A stretch of 64,000 nt of DNA from Eledone cirrhosa (GCA_964016885.1 OZ024748.1:49786001-49850000), one strand, 5' to 3'. Shown: positions 26,346-40,534, numbered from the stretch's first letter. A program made the numbers and translations. The notes: generated by a model not told the origin, from the sequence alone.

Positions 26346-26735
26346 GCTTGTGTGTGTGCGCGCATATGTGCGTGTCGGTGTGTGTGTGTGTGTGTATGTG
26401 TGTGTATGTTATATATGTAAAAGTATATTCCGCAGACATAAGAAAATTCAGTATTGATGGCCAATTATTTTCTAGATATTGTATTGCTGTTGGACGTCTT
26501 ATCAATAGAACAGAGAAAGAAAGAAATGCCAATATCGAAAATACAAGAAGTAATAAAAACTAAATACTTCTAGTTTGTTCTTTATAAAGTTACTCTTTAA
26601 AAATTTGAAAACTTTTCAATATTTCCTTCTTTTTTTTTTGTTTTTCTGTCAGCTCTATTTGCTAACTTTTATTTGTTGTTGTTATTTCTCCACACACCTC
26701 CACCTCCTCCACTTACCCCTTCTACCTCCCCCCTT

Positions 26736-26766
<31 letters not shown>

Positions 26767-26859
26767 ATTATAATAGAGTGGATTGCCAGAATCGTTAATG
26801 TGTAGGACAAAATGTCTTGTGGTAATTCTTCCGCTCCTTCACCTTCTGTCGAGGTCAAA

Positions 26860-27120
26860 TATCTGGGCATTGTGTCCACGTTAGAAATGATGATATTATT
26901 TTTCGGTAGTTTCATCCGTAGGCTACACCATCCGTATGCGACTACCGAATTCCAGCCATCAATCGTTTAGTTTTATCCAAATCTTCAGTCGACTACCACT
27001 TATATCATTGGGGTTTTGATGGCGATTCTGGATGGCTTAGTTTGACCTCCACGAGACCTTTGACCTCCACGAGAAGGTCAATGCATCTCCGTTAGCAGTG
27101 AGCCCATATGCATCCTTTCA
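26860..27120 (-). mobile_element. Possible decayed RTE-clade LINE 3' end
   Basis: Minus strand RSRGGQTK..IAIK resembles the RTE R..GGQ.KR..D.LK motif; heavily mutated. Confidence 0.35.
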
Positions 27121-27261
27121 GACTGGATACATCTAAAAGGCACTTTCTATAAGGTTTTCTGTCAGAAGTGTAAGCAGCAGAACTGGGCGGTAATGGCCGT
27201 TTGAAGGATCACTTTTACAGCTATCTCTTCTCAGCCAATCAACAGTAATCTCCTCATTATC

Positions 27262-27440
27262 ACCAGAACGCTCGCACAGTGGAGACTTCTCGTGTCCTTG
27301 GCCCTAGGGCTACGTCCCTACTTACCACCATAGGTGCTGAGCTGGCCAGCCGCAGGTGTGAGCCTCGCGAGATGGAATGGCTCTTCCAGCGCATCTCCCT
27401 TACCATCATCCGGGAAAACGCCAATACGCCTTCTCCATTC
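27262..27440 (+). mobile_element. RLE-type (CRE-like) non-LTR retrotransposon C-terminal fragment
   Basis: VETSRVLGPRATSLLTTIGAELASRRCEPREMEWLFQRISLTIIRENA matches the VET.G..GP...EPRE..WL.QR.S..I.RGNA terminal motif; sister fragment at 60150-60315. Confidence 0.7.
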
Positions 27441-28116
27441 TGTACGCCGAGGCTGTGGGGCGGGAAGCACGTGGGACCCCATTTGCTCAAAATACAGAGA
27501 GATGGGGAGGGAGAGAGAGAGATGGGGTCGATGTCAGTGGGAGTTCAGCTCTTCCGTTTCGGACACACTGGCAAGTACTTGGAATTCAGTCGTATGATAT
27601 AGTAGACATACAAGCAATATACGGATGTTCAGTAAATTCCCAGCCACTGATAATTTGATTAATGGGGAACACTTAGTACATTTTGCTACAGCGAACCAGT
27701 TGGTGATAGAAAACACCTGGCAGATGGTATTCAAACAACGACCTCATGGCTAATCAGTTCAACTACGTTCTTGTTCGGAATAACTGGGCTTGTTGTGTAC
27801 TTGATTGCAGATTTTATCGTGGTATTGCCATTGGAAGAGAAAGTGGCTCAGATCATAATTTGTTATAGCGAAACTTTAAATGCGTTTAAAGGCCATCACA
27901 CCATCTACGAGATTCCAAAACTATGATATTGCGGTGCTGAAACACAGCAACACAGCCACACGCTTTCAACTAGAATTATGTAACCGTTTCGATATATTGG
28001 ACTCACTAGAATAAACTGAACACACATCGAACATCGCCCAGAACATTCTTTAGTATCGGCGAAACTCGAGGTAGTGGTATGAGGATTAATGTATACCGAG
28101 CACAAACACGTACACA

Positions 28117-28254
<138 letters not shown>

Positions 28255-28471
28255 TGAAGGCGTGTGGCTGAGTGGTTAGAGAATTGGATTCGCAATCGTA
28301 AGGTTGTGAGTTCCATTCCTGGACCAGGCGATGCGTTATGTCCTTGAGCAAGACACTTTATTTCACGTTGCTCCTTCTACCTGGAGTTGCGACCGATAGA
28401 TAGTATTAGCAATTGGAAAGACCAACGGAAACATTGTTCCCTCGGTCCGATTTGACGAAAGTCGATCGTTC
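28255..28471 (+). mobile_element. Full-length SINE family 2 (tRNA head, CORE-like domain) within (TA)n
   Basis: Box A tggctgagtgg, box B gttccattcc, then tgtccttgagcaagacacttt; near-identical inverted copy at 63378-63570. Confidence 0.85.
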
Positions 28472-28482
28472 CTATATATATA

Positions 28483-28680
28483 TAACAAAGAAGGTGTGGT
28501 AAGATACCAGGTGGACGATAACGCACCAGAGTACTCAATACTTAGGGTAGTAGAGTGGGTAATAGAAAAAGAGTCAAGACCCCGGCGGCTGAGCTCCGGC
28601 CGTTTCGACAGCCATATCTGAACTGTTCGGATCTAGCTGCCGAAACGGCTGGAGCTCAGCCGCCGGGGTCCTGAATCCCC
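28483..28680 (-). mobile_element. Fold-back repeat family C (palindrome 28578-28670) with hammerhead 3' half
   Basis: Homologous to 38151-38345; GAAAcggc..gagctc..gccg hairpin duplicated in inverted orientation. Confidence 0.65.
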
Positions 28681-28682
28681 CC

Positions 28683-28717
<35 letters not shown>

Positions 28718-29401
28718 CACGAATATATAGAAATAGAGCTGTATAATGTTGAATATGCATATACACAAACACATTAATAGCATACTTCGATGCGTATATT
28801 GTATTCCTATGTAATGATTGTTTCTATATGTCAATGTGTGTGTGTATGCGTGTGTGTTTGAGTGAATGAGTGAGTGAATATGTGTTCGTGTATACACACG
28901 CACGTACATTTATTCATATAGACAAACAAGCATGCATTTATACAAAGATACATCTCTATATTAGTATAAATAACTAGAATATACAATTGGATTTCTGAAA
29001 AGATATCATTACAATATTTTTTTTTACTATACACAATTTCAGCTGTAGAATTTCTTCAGCTAACACGATTATCGCCTGCGCTTGCCTTAAGTAAAGCTTG
29101 TACTATAGCGCACGCGCAGATCAGATGGGATTTTGCGTTAGTGCTTATCTCCCCTTGTTATCTTAATTATAACATCAATGCAAGTTCAGTCGGCTGTATT
29201 TTAATTGGAGTTCTCGCTAACGTGACTATGACCTCTGGGCAAAGGTTTCCCGACATCGACTACTCTCTCCTGAACTGTCAAATATTATATTCTCATGATA
29301 ATAAACATTGGCGGTCCTCTGTTCATTAGAAAGTGTTTGATGTATTAGCTGGATAAATAGGGTTGTTATTTTCTTTGATACTCTATGATCATCATCATCA
29401 A

Positions 29402-29470
<69 letters not shown>

Positions 29471-29473
29471 TAC

Positions 29474-29565
<92 letters not shown>

Positions 29566-29659
29566 CGTTTCTGAATTTGTTTAGCAAGATTCTTTATCTG
29601 AAATCGTGTGTTGAAACCGATATTGTTATACTTTGGGCAACATGGCCCTCCTAAAGTAT

Positions 29660-29720
<61 letters not shown>

Positions 29721-29723
29721 TAC

Positions 29724-29763
<40 letters not shown>

Positions 29764-29810
29764 GAAAAGTATAGAAATTATTATCAGCAAGAACCACACA
29801 GTGTTTCATA

Positions 29811-29859
<49 letters not shown>

Positions 29860-29942
29860 CATATATTCGATATTTACTCCGTCACTCCTATGTGGAAAAA
29901 GTACGTTGACTGCTTGAATTGAATTGCATCAATGTTTACCCT

Positions 29943-29976
<34 letters not shown>

Positions 29977-29985
29977 TACATATAC

Positions 29986-30093
<108 letters not shown>

Positions 30094-30183
30094 GTATCTC
30101 CTCTTTCTCTCCCCCCCCCTCTCTCTCTCTCTATATATATATATATATGTATATATGTATATACATATTTGTGCGCGTATGAT

Positions 30184-30215
<32 letters not shown>

Positions 30216-30436
30216 TATGTGTGTGTGTGTGTGTGTTAGGAGAGACACAATCTCCATTGTCCAAGCACTACTAGAAAAAAACGTAGTGCATAGAGACTCC
30301 CCCCCCCCTTGCTAAATATTGATTGATACATATTGATTCATATTGATATATATTGATATACATATTGATAGATATATAAATATAAATAACACTCATAACC
30401 TCATAATTTCTCTCTCTCTCACACACACACACACTG

Positions 30437-30542
<106 letters not shown>

Positions 30543-30546
30543 TATA

Positions 30547-31324
<778 letters not shown>

Positions 31325-31386
31325 GTATAGCGTATTATTGAGTAACGTTTAGTTGCTGTTGGTTCACCAGTTTGAACACTCACTGC

Positions 31387-31430
<44 letters not shown>

Positions 31431-31678
31431 CGTGCATGTGTGTATGTGTGTGTGTACATGTGTGTGTGTGCATGTGTGTGTGTGTAGACTCACAGACTGA
31501 AATATATCGATTGGGTAACAGATAGATAGACGTAGATAGAGAGAAAGAAATATTGAAATCGAGAGAGCAGAGATAAGCAGGTAATAAGTTGTGTAAATGT
31601 ATCTCAATGAGAATGTGAGTGTATGGATGTATGTATGTGTGTATGTACATGTGCGGCGTGTGTGTGTATGTGTGCATG

Positions 31679-31711
<33 letters not shown>

Positions 31712-31736
31712 ATGCATGTGTGTGTGTGTGTGCATG

Positions 31737-31795
<59 letters not shown>

Positions 31796-31800
31796 ATGCA

Positions 31801-31837
<37 letters not shown>

Positions 31838-31838
31838 A

Positions 31839-31898
<60 letters not shown>

Positions 31899-32219
31899 GA
31901 ATAGATTGGTATTCAGGGTCAATCTTTTTTTTTTTTGCAAACGTGAGGTGTGTAATTAAGCAAGTAATTTGAAGAGGCTGGAAATACAGTGATCACCGAC
32001 CTCACCTAGTTCCACCAGCCAAACTTTCACCATTAGCCCCCTAAATGAGTCGTTATGGTGTCATGTGTAAGGTGGTTCTATCTTCTTCTCTTCTTCCATA
32101 TACCTTACCTTGAGGGCAGCATTTTCTGCTGTTTCTCCGGTTGGTTATATGATTATTGTGACGTCGTGTTGATGGCGGGCTTGCGTTGTAGGCGGTTAAT
32201 GGAGGAACGACGTTGCTCG

Positions 32220-34560
32220 TCGTGTTGGTGTTGGTGTTGGTGGTGGTGGTGGTGGTGTTGGTGTTGGTAGTGTTGGGGATGTTGGTGGTGTTGTTGGTGG
32301 TGGTGGTGGTGTTGGTAGTGTTGGGGATGTTGGTGGTGTTGGTGGTGGTGGTGGTGGTGGTGTTGGTGTTGGTCTTGGTGTTGGTGGTGGTGATGTTGGT
32401 AGTGTTAGTGGTGTTGGTGGTGTTGGTATTCGCAGTGTTGGTGGTGTTAGTTGTGTTGGTAGTGTTGGGGGTGTTGGTGGTGTTGGTGGTGTTGGTAGTG
32501 TTGGTGTTGGTAGTGTTGGTGTTGGTAGTGTTGGTGTTGGTAGTGTTGGTGGTCTTGGTGTTGGTGGTGTTGGTAGTGTTGGTGTTGGTAGTGTTGGTAG
32601 TGTTGGTGTTGGTGGTGTTGGTGGTGTTGATGTTGGTGGTGTTGGTAGTGTTGGTGTTGGTAGTGTTGGTGTTGGTGGTGTTGGTGTTGGTGTTGGTAGT
32701 GTTGATAGTGTTGGTGTTGGTAGTGTTGGTGTTGGTGGTGTTGGTGGTGTTGATGTTGGTGGTGTTGGTGGTGTTGGTAGTGTTGGTGGTGTTGGTAGTG
32801 TTGGTGTTAGTGGTGTTGGTGGTGTTGGTAGTGTTGGTGGTGTTGGTGGTGTTGGTATTCGCAGTGTTGGTGGTGTTAGTTGTGTTGGTAGTGTTGGGGG
32901 TGTTGGTGGTGTTGGTGGTGTTGGTAGTGTTGGTGTTGGTAGTGTTGGTGGTCTTGGTGTTGGTGGTGTTGGTAGTGTTGGTGTTGGTAGTGTTGGTAGT
33001 GTTGGTGTTGGTGGTGTTGGTGGTGTTGATGTTGGTGGTGTTGGTAGTGTTGGTGTTGGTAGTGTTGGTGTTGGTGGTGTTGGTGTTGGTGTTGGTAGTG
33101 TTGATAGTGTTGGTGTTGGTAGTGTTGGTGTTGGTGGTGTTGGTGGTGTTGATGTTGGTGGTGTTGGTGGTGTTGGTAGTGTTGGTGGTGTTGGTAGTGT
33201 TGGTGTTAGTGGTGTTGGTGGTGTTGGTAGTGTTGGTGGTGTTGGTGGTGTTGGTATTCGCAGTGTTGGTGGTGTTAGTTGTGTTGGTAGTGTTGGGGGT
33301 GTTGGTGGTGTTGGTGGTGTTGGTAGTGTTGGTGTTGGTAGTGTTGGTGGTCTTGGTGTTGGTGGTGTTGGTAGTGTTGGTGTTGGTGGTGTTGGTGGTG
33401 TTGATGTTGGTGGTGTTGGTAGTGTTGGTGTTGGTAGTGTTGGTGTTGGTGGTGTTGGTGTTGGTGGTGTTGGTGTTGGTGTTGGTGGTGTTGATAGTGT
33501 TGGTGTTGGTAGTGTTGGTAGTGTTGATAGTGTTGGTGTTGGTAGTGTTGGTGTTGGTGGTGTTGATGTTGGTGGTGTTGGTAGTGTTGGTGTTGGTAGT
33601 GTTGGTGTTGGTAGTGTTGGTGTTGGTGGTGTTGGTGTTGGTGTTGGTGGTGTTGATAGTGTTGGTGTTGGTAGTGTTGGTAGTGTTGATAGTGTTGGTG
33701 TTGGTAGTGTTGGTGTTGGTGGTGTTGGTGGTGTTGGTAGTGTTGGTGGTGTTGGTAGTGTTGGTGTTGGTGGTGTTGGTGGTGTTGGTAGTGTTGGTGG
33801 TGTTGGTGGTGTTGGTAGTGTTGGTGTTGGTGGTGTTGGTAGTGTTGGTGTTGGTAGTGTTGGTGTTGGTGGTGTTGGTGGTGTTGATGTTGGTGGTGTT
33901 GGTGGTGTTGGTAGTGTTGGTGGTGTTGGTAGTGTTGGTGTTGGTGGTGTTGGTGGTGTTGGTAGTGTTGGTGGTGTTGGTGGTGTTGGTAGTGTTGGTG
34001 TTGGTGGTGTTGGTGGTGTTAGTGTTGGTGGTGTTAGTAGTGTTGGTGGTCTTGGTGTTGGTGGGGTTGGTGGTGTTGGTGGTCTTGGTGTTGGTGGTGT
34101 TGGTGGTCTTGGTGTTGGTGGTGTTGGTGGTGTTGGTGTTGGTGGTGTTGGTGGTCTTGGTGTTGGTGGTGTTGGTGGTGTTGGTGGTGTTGGTAGTGTT
34201 GGTGTTGGTGATGTTGGTGGTGTTGGTAGTGTTGGTGGTGTTGGTGTTGGTGGTGTTGGTGGTCTTGGTGTTGGTGGGGTTGGTGGTGTTGGTGGTGTTG
34301 GTGGTCTTGGTGTTGGTGGTGTTGGTGGTGTTGGTAGTGTTGGCGTTGGTGATGTTGGTGGTGTTGGTAGTGTTGGTGGTGTTGGTGTTGGTGGTGTTGG
34401 TGGTGTTGGTGATCTTGGTGTTGGTGGTGTTGGTAGTGTTGGTGGCGTTGGCAATATTGGTGGTGTTGGTGGTCTCGTTGGTATTGGGAGTGTTGGTTGT
34501 GATGGTGTTGTTGGTGTTGTTGGTGTTGTTAGTGTTGTTAGTATTATTAGTGTTGGTGTT
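32220..34560. repeat. 2.3-kb cryptic trinucleotide (GGT/GTT/AGT) array with ~400-430-bp higher-order duplications
   Basis: The marker ggtattcgcagtg recurs near 32431, 32860 and 33259 (periods 429 and 399 bp); triplet phase is kept throughout. Confidence 0.9.
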
Positions 34561-35245
34561 CCTTTGTCAGTGTTGAACAAAAGGGCAACGATGGTTGCCG
34601 AACACTGTACGGCATAATTCGGGCTGTTTGTTTACAAACAAACCGAGCATTATAATAAATGTTTGATAAACCCATACGTACATATATATATATATGTGTG
34701 CATGTATGTATATACATACTACTGTACGTCTGTATATGTATGTACGTATATGTATGTACGTATACATACTTATATTTAAGTATCAGCCGTACTAAGAGTG
34801 AAAAATGAAATTTCATTTTTTTCATTTATCGTTTTCGGTAACCCGGCCGACTAACTCACACGATATGCAAATTAGGCTGCTCATCCGTTATTATGCATAA
34901 AGAAAGTATATACTTTCAAACGTTCAATCAACTGATAGGAAGGTATACGGTGCTGATGACAGTTAATAAGCTAGAAATTAGTTCATCGTTCCTTTGTCAG
35001 TGTTGAACAAAAGGGCAACGATGGTTGCCGAACACTGTACGGCTAATAATTCGGGCTGTTTGTTTACAAACAAACCGAGCATTATAATAAATGTTCGGTA
35101 AACCCATACGTACATATATATATATATGTGCATGTATGTATATACATACTACTGTACGTCTGTATACATATATGTATGTACGTATACATACTTATATTAA
35201 AGTATCAGCCGTACTAAGATTGAGAACTGAAATTTCATTTTTTCC

Positions 35246-35248
<3 letters not shown>
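34560..35248 (+). mobile_element. Family A hammerhead repeat, ~1.6 tandem units of 430 bp; HHR 34947-34989
   Basis: cctttgtcagtgttgaacaaaagggcaacg starts at 34561 and again at 34991; acggtg-CTGATGA-cagttaataagcta-GAAA-ttag-TT-catcgt; ends in (TA)n. Confidence 0.8.
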
Positions 35249-35301
<53 letters not shown>

Positions 35302-35774
35302 TAACCAGCTGCTTTTGAAACAATTCACTCCAGATATATTGACGCGAGCCAAGTATATGTGAGAATTTGCTCGTAGAAAATACACTAGATAAAACTGGCT
35401 TGAATTTTATGATATTAAACTTAAGCTGTTTAAATAAACGAAATTTCAGAAACCCTGAAAATTTTACATCATATAACCGTTAATAATACTTGTGTTAATC
35501 AAACGGTCTATTGCTGAAATACCAACACACACTTGGGGGTTTGTGTTTTTCTTCATAACAGTCCTCACATAGATTTTTGGTTAATAAGTATAATAGTGAT
35601 AATTGACAAGACCAATAAAATATATTAACTGGAACGTCTGGTGTAAATAAAAAGATGAAAGAAATAAAAATTAAAAAAAAAGTAAAATGGAAAGGAAATA
35701 ATGGAAACTTCGCTTTATATACTGATGTGCTTACTACTGATATTAGATAAAGAAAATAGTAGAAAAGAAATAAT

Positions 35775-36270
35775 CGTTCCTAATTTAGGCGCAAGGCCAG
35801 CAATGTGAGGGGAGGGGAAAGTCGATTAAATCGACCCCAGTGCATTACTGTTATTTTATTTTATAGACCATGTAATGATGAAAGGCAAAGCTAACCTTGG
35901 CAATAATAATGATTTCTAGTATAGGCACAAGACCACTAATTTTGGGGAAGGGGAAAGTCTATTAAATGCACTCCAGTACATTACTGGTACTTTATTTTAT
36001 CGACCTCGTAAGGATGAAAGGCAAAGTTAAATCTCGGCGGGATTTGAACTCGGTGATAATAATGATAATAACTATGTTTACTATAACCACAAGGCTAGCA
36101 AATTTTGGGGGTATGGAAAGTCGATTAAATCGACCAGCAATTACCCAGTACATTACTGGTGCTTTATTTTATCGACCCTGTAAGGATGAAAGGCAAAGTT
36201 AATATAGGCGGGATTTGAACTCAGAACGTAAAGGGCCATAACTCTATGCTGCAAATCATGGTGTCTGACA
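35775..36270 (-). mobile_element. Three tandem SINE family 1 copies separated by short (AAT)-rich spacers
   Basis: Three repeats of ggc(a/g)caaggcc...aaaggcaaagtt; spacers caataataatg and gataataatgataata. Confidence 0.85.
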
Positions 36271-36704
36271 CGTTACCAAAAGCGTGTGTCTAGGATAGGA
36301 TTCGCTCTCGTAAGTTGAATAATTTCCACATGTTTAAAACGTTTGTTTTGTTATAATGTTTGTTACAAGTGCTACATAACGTACCCAGGACGTGCCTATA
36401 GTTTCGAAGGAAGAATGTGAGGTTGATCTTAAGTATCGTGATTAATGATATGAGATTACATAACTATTATCGATTAGTCGCTATATCGATTTATCGTGAT
36501 CAATTAACCTTCTGAAACGATCGCGAAACAATGAACTAATTACGCGCTAAATTTCCTCTTTTGTTTTCATTGTTCAAAACATATATATCTATATCTATAC
36601 ACACACACACACTCACGCGCGCACACACACACACCACACACACTCATATATATATATACACTCATATATATATATACACCAGAAGCTGCTAAACTAATTC
36701 TTAT

Positions 36705-36845
36705 AATTGTTTCTACTTTTGGCACCAGGCCAGCAATTATCCCAGTGCATTACTGGTACATTATTTTATCGACCCCGTAAGGATGAAAGGCAAAGTTAAC
36801 CTCGGCGGGATTTGAACTCAGATCATAAAGGGAGGTAACTGTGTC
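36705..36845 (-). mobile_element. SINE family 1 copy, 5'-truncated
   Basis: Near-consensus reverse complement. Confidence 0.88.
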
Positions 36846-37759
36846 ATGAAATTATTCGGTCATGTAAAACGTTCACAAAAAGTCTTTCAATACATATACC
36901 ACAACATCGATAAATACAGAAAGGTTGAAAACTAACCTGGACCGTCTCTTAATGATTAAAATCGATATAATCGACAAACATCTCAGATAGGTTTCTGGGA
37001 CTCCTGGAAGTTATATAACAAGTTACATAATGCCCATGCAATACACGTGTGCTCTTCCACGATGGACCCGGAGATCCCTTCATCGGAAGGCTTTGTTCCT
37101 AGTAACCAAACTTCGGTCTGACGACAGTGGCATTTTCGCCATAGTAGTAAGCATGCCTGGGTTGTCACATGACCTATTTCAAAGGAGGAAGGTCTCGTTC
37201 GCCGAAGTTTTATTGGTTGTTTACGGGGTGTGAAAACAAAGGGATTTTCACCGCCGTAAGACAAAAGCTATCAACTAGTGTTTGTAAGCAAAAATAACTG
37301 AACCGTTATCGATCGCATATATGAATCTAGGAGAACAATATTATATTAGGCATATATACACACACATGTAAATGTATATATATATACACGCACATGTAAA
37401 TGTATATATATATACGCACACATGTAAATTTGTGTCTGTGATCATACTTACGTTTATGCTTGTCTTTATGTTTCACTATTGACCATTTCCACAAAAATGC
37501 AATCGATAACTTACGTACTGGACAACTAGAAAAATATATACCCGACTAAATCAGTGACTGAAACCAGTAAAAGAATTAAAATAATTGTGTGCTTCTGTGT
37601 GTGTCAACTACATACCAACAAATACACATACCCCCCCCCCCCACAGACCCCCCCCCCCACACAGATTTACATTTCTTGTATTCAGCCATGTAGAGCGATA
37701 AAACTATTTGTTAGTTATTTGAATATGGCAAAGCCGACTATTAATTGCTTGTATACATA

Positions 37760-38068
37760 AAACTGACTGGCCTGTCTGCTGATATGCAAATCTGACTGAT
37801 CAGTGGGTCTGCTAATATTCAGATCTGACTGATCAGCCAGTCTGCTACTATGCAAATCAGGCCAATCAGTCTCTCTATATTCCAGAAAATATCATATATT
37901 TTCACTAGCTCTGACAGTTGGCAAGTAAACAGAATACAGTACTGATGAAGAGTAATAACCCAGAAACATTAGTGCCTGCCGTTCTGCTTATATGACAACA
38001 CAAGAGCAAGAATGACGAGGTCATTCTGCTCACATGGCTTAAGAGGCTGTAGAGCGATACACTATTTG

Positions 38069-38070
<2 letters not shown>
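37760..38070 (+). mobile_element. (TA)n-terminated repeat with decayed hammerhead (37936-37983) and three ~32-bp tandem units containing ATGCAAAT
   Basis: acagta-CTGATGA-agagtaataaccca-GAAA-cattagtg-CC-tgccgt; upstream units ctgactg..gtctgct..tatgcaaat. Confidence 0.5.
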
Positions 38071-38150
<80 letters not shown>

Positions 38151-38151
<1 letters not shown>

Positions 38152-38340
38152 ACGAAGGAAGTGTGGTAAGGAACCAGATAGACCATAACGCGCCAGAGTA
38201 CTCAATACTTAGGGTAGAAGAGTGGGTAATAGGAAAATGTTTAACCCCGACGGCAGAGCTCAAGCAGTTTCGACGGCTATTTCGGGTCCAGATATAGCCG
38301 TCGAAACGGCTTGAGCTCTGCCGTCGGAGTTAAACATTTT

Positions 38341-38345
<5 letters not shown>
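38151..38345 (-). mobile_element. Fold-back repeat family C between (TA)n tracts; palindrome 38229-38345
   Basis: gacggctat..atagccgtc-GAAA-cggc-ttgagctct-gccg-TC-ggagt; arms near-perfectly complementary. Confidence 0.75.
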
Positions 38346-38392
<47 letters not shown>

Positions 38393-38467
38393 TATATATA
38401 TACATACATACATACATATATATACACACACACAAATATACATATATATATACATATTTATATATAT

Positions 38468-38509
<42 letters not shown>

Positions 38510-38520
38510 CACGTATATAT

Positions 38521-38553
<33 letters not shown>

Positions 38554-39159
38554 CATACAAACATAAATATATATGTGTATGTGTATTATGTATAAGTGTG
38601 TGTTTGTGTGTGCATGTGCGTGTGTGTGTGCGCATATCTATGTGAATGTATGTGAATGTATGTGAATGTATGTGTATCTACGAAACTCCTACGTATATTA
38701 TATCATTATTTCGTTTGACATTGCTACGTGTAGTTACTCTTCTAGTTGTGAGGTGGGAAAGTAAGTTAACTATGATGGCGGTTACAGGAATATATCAAAA
38801 GTCGGTCTGATTAAACAGCACAAAGCATGTTTATCTTCGTGAATAATAAACATTTACAATGACTTCGTAGAAAACAACATGAAAACATGTTTGCAAGTTG
38901 TAATTGAATTAAATACGACAGCTTCATTAACAGAACAGCTTTTAGCTAAACTTAAAACTATTTCAATTACCTTTTCCTTTTATTACTTCTTTTTATTTAT
39001 TTGTTTATTGTTTATTTGTTTATTTGTTTGTTTGTTTGTCTATTTATTTGTTTGTTTATTTTTTATTTATTTATTTGTTTCTTTATTGTTATTGTTACTT
39101 TGCTGAAATTAGTTACATTTTCGAAAAGTGAAAATGCAATAGTAATCATGAAATATAAG

Positions 39160-39385
39160 GTTTTCTAAGATAGGCACAAGGCCAGCAATTTGAATGAAGT
39201 GGGTGGAGTGGGGGTAATGGTGGTGGCGGCGGTGGGGGGAAAATTTGACTGGTACTTTATTGTATCAATAACCCCGGAACCATAAAACACAAAGTTGACA
39301 TCGGCGAGATTTTAACTTAGAAAATAAATATCTGGAACGTAACCTTTGAGATTTTCTCAGCTCTCTAAACATTCTGCTGACCCAT
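39160..39385 (-). mobile_element. Diverged SINE family 1 copy
   Basis: ggcacaaggccagcaatt...ctggtactttatt...aaagttgacatcggcgagattt. Confidence 0.75.
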
Positions 39386-39404
39386 CAATATTATTATTAT
39401 TACT

Positions 39405-40460
39405 ATTACTTTGATATCTCAGTCATTGTTGTCATATAACCAGAAAATTTGCCCTCATGAACATCACGTCCCTACCAGCAGCATAATATATTCTGGACCT
39501 AACGGGGGCTCCTTGTTGGTCCCAGTAGGCATGCGTTCTGGAATTAAAAAAAAAAGGGGGACTGGGCTAATGTTCTTTAACCGGCATTGGAAGCTCATCG
39601 AGATAGTACCTAGTGTTCCTATGACGATGGGTTCGACCGTGATCTCATGATAATTCCAAATCCTTTACAATTCCCACATTAAATCCTGGTACCGGTTAAT
39701 TTTGTCCTCTTTTTCTTGCACTCTTGTGTCAAAGGGGCAAGCTACATCTATAATCAAGCAAGATCTTTTTCCTTGTCAAAAACCACCAGGCCAGGCAAGG
39801 CCTATTGTGTTCTAGTTCTTTGTCCGTTTAATTCCTGAAATCTCACAGCACCTTCGCTCGATCGTTTTCTATCACTGACTCTGGCTTATGCTCATACTAC
39901 TTCTCAGAATGTGGTAAATTATTTAGTTTGCATAAATGCCAGTGAATCACTTTCCCTATTATGTCATACCTCCATCCTTTATAGTGAGTTTGGGCTAGGT
40001 GTTTACACTCGGATACGATGTGAGCCGCAGTTTCCTCTCTCTCTTCACAGATCTTACATAGTGGGCTATCCACTTCCTTGTCAAAATGGTTTTTCATCCA
40101 CTTCGTTCTAAAGGCTTGTTCCTGTGCAAGCCAGTAGCATTCCCCCCTGTGGCTCTCTTAAGGTTCCCTTTTCTTTAACCAGTTCCACGTCTGCGGATCT
40201 CTGAATTCTGTTTTCTTTAAAAAGATGTCATGAAGGGCCTTTTTCATCCAAGTCGTTCTTCCTCTTTGTTGTTACTTCATGGACATTCCCTGACCTATTG
40301 TCTCTTCCTTCAATACAGCCTTAAGCATTGGCTCGCTACTCTCAAACACATATTTGTGTACACAACTCTTCTCCACCTGAACACAGACAATCACGCAGAT
40401 TAGACTTCTTCTACTTTTAGATCTCCTTAAGTACAGTCTATCAACATCACCCTTCTAAGC
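39405..40460 (-). mobile_element. Decayed R4/Dong-like (RLE) non-LTR retrotransposon, 3' portion
   Basis: DVDRLY, CKICEEREETAAHIVSEC (CCHC), IDVACPFDTRV..K and IVIGTLG motifs across frameshifts; 3' end abuts (ATT)n. Confidence 0.8.
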
Positions 40461-40491
40461 TAACCCCGGTGGAATTGGAACGCAGAACGTA

Positions 40492-40533
<42 letters not shown>

Positions 40534-40534
<1 letters not shown>

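Noticed and set aside
28255-28330. tRNA-like sequence (also 61140-61205)
   Set aside because: SINE head: continues into the SINE body or lacks a proper cloverleaf and acceptor stem.
32196-34580. 794-aa Pro/Thr ORF and 787-aa Val/Leu ORF
   Set aside because: Alternative frames of the trinucleotide array; the start of the Pro/Thr ORF lies in the family A repeat and common variants are non-synonymous in these frames.
36983-37264. Unique-looking GC-moderate segment with short ORFs and a GTAAG
   Set aside because: No recognisable domain and a weak acceptor; cannot be supported as an exon without transcript data.
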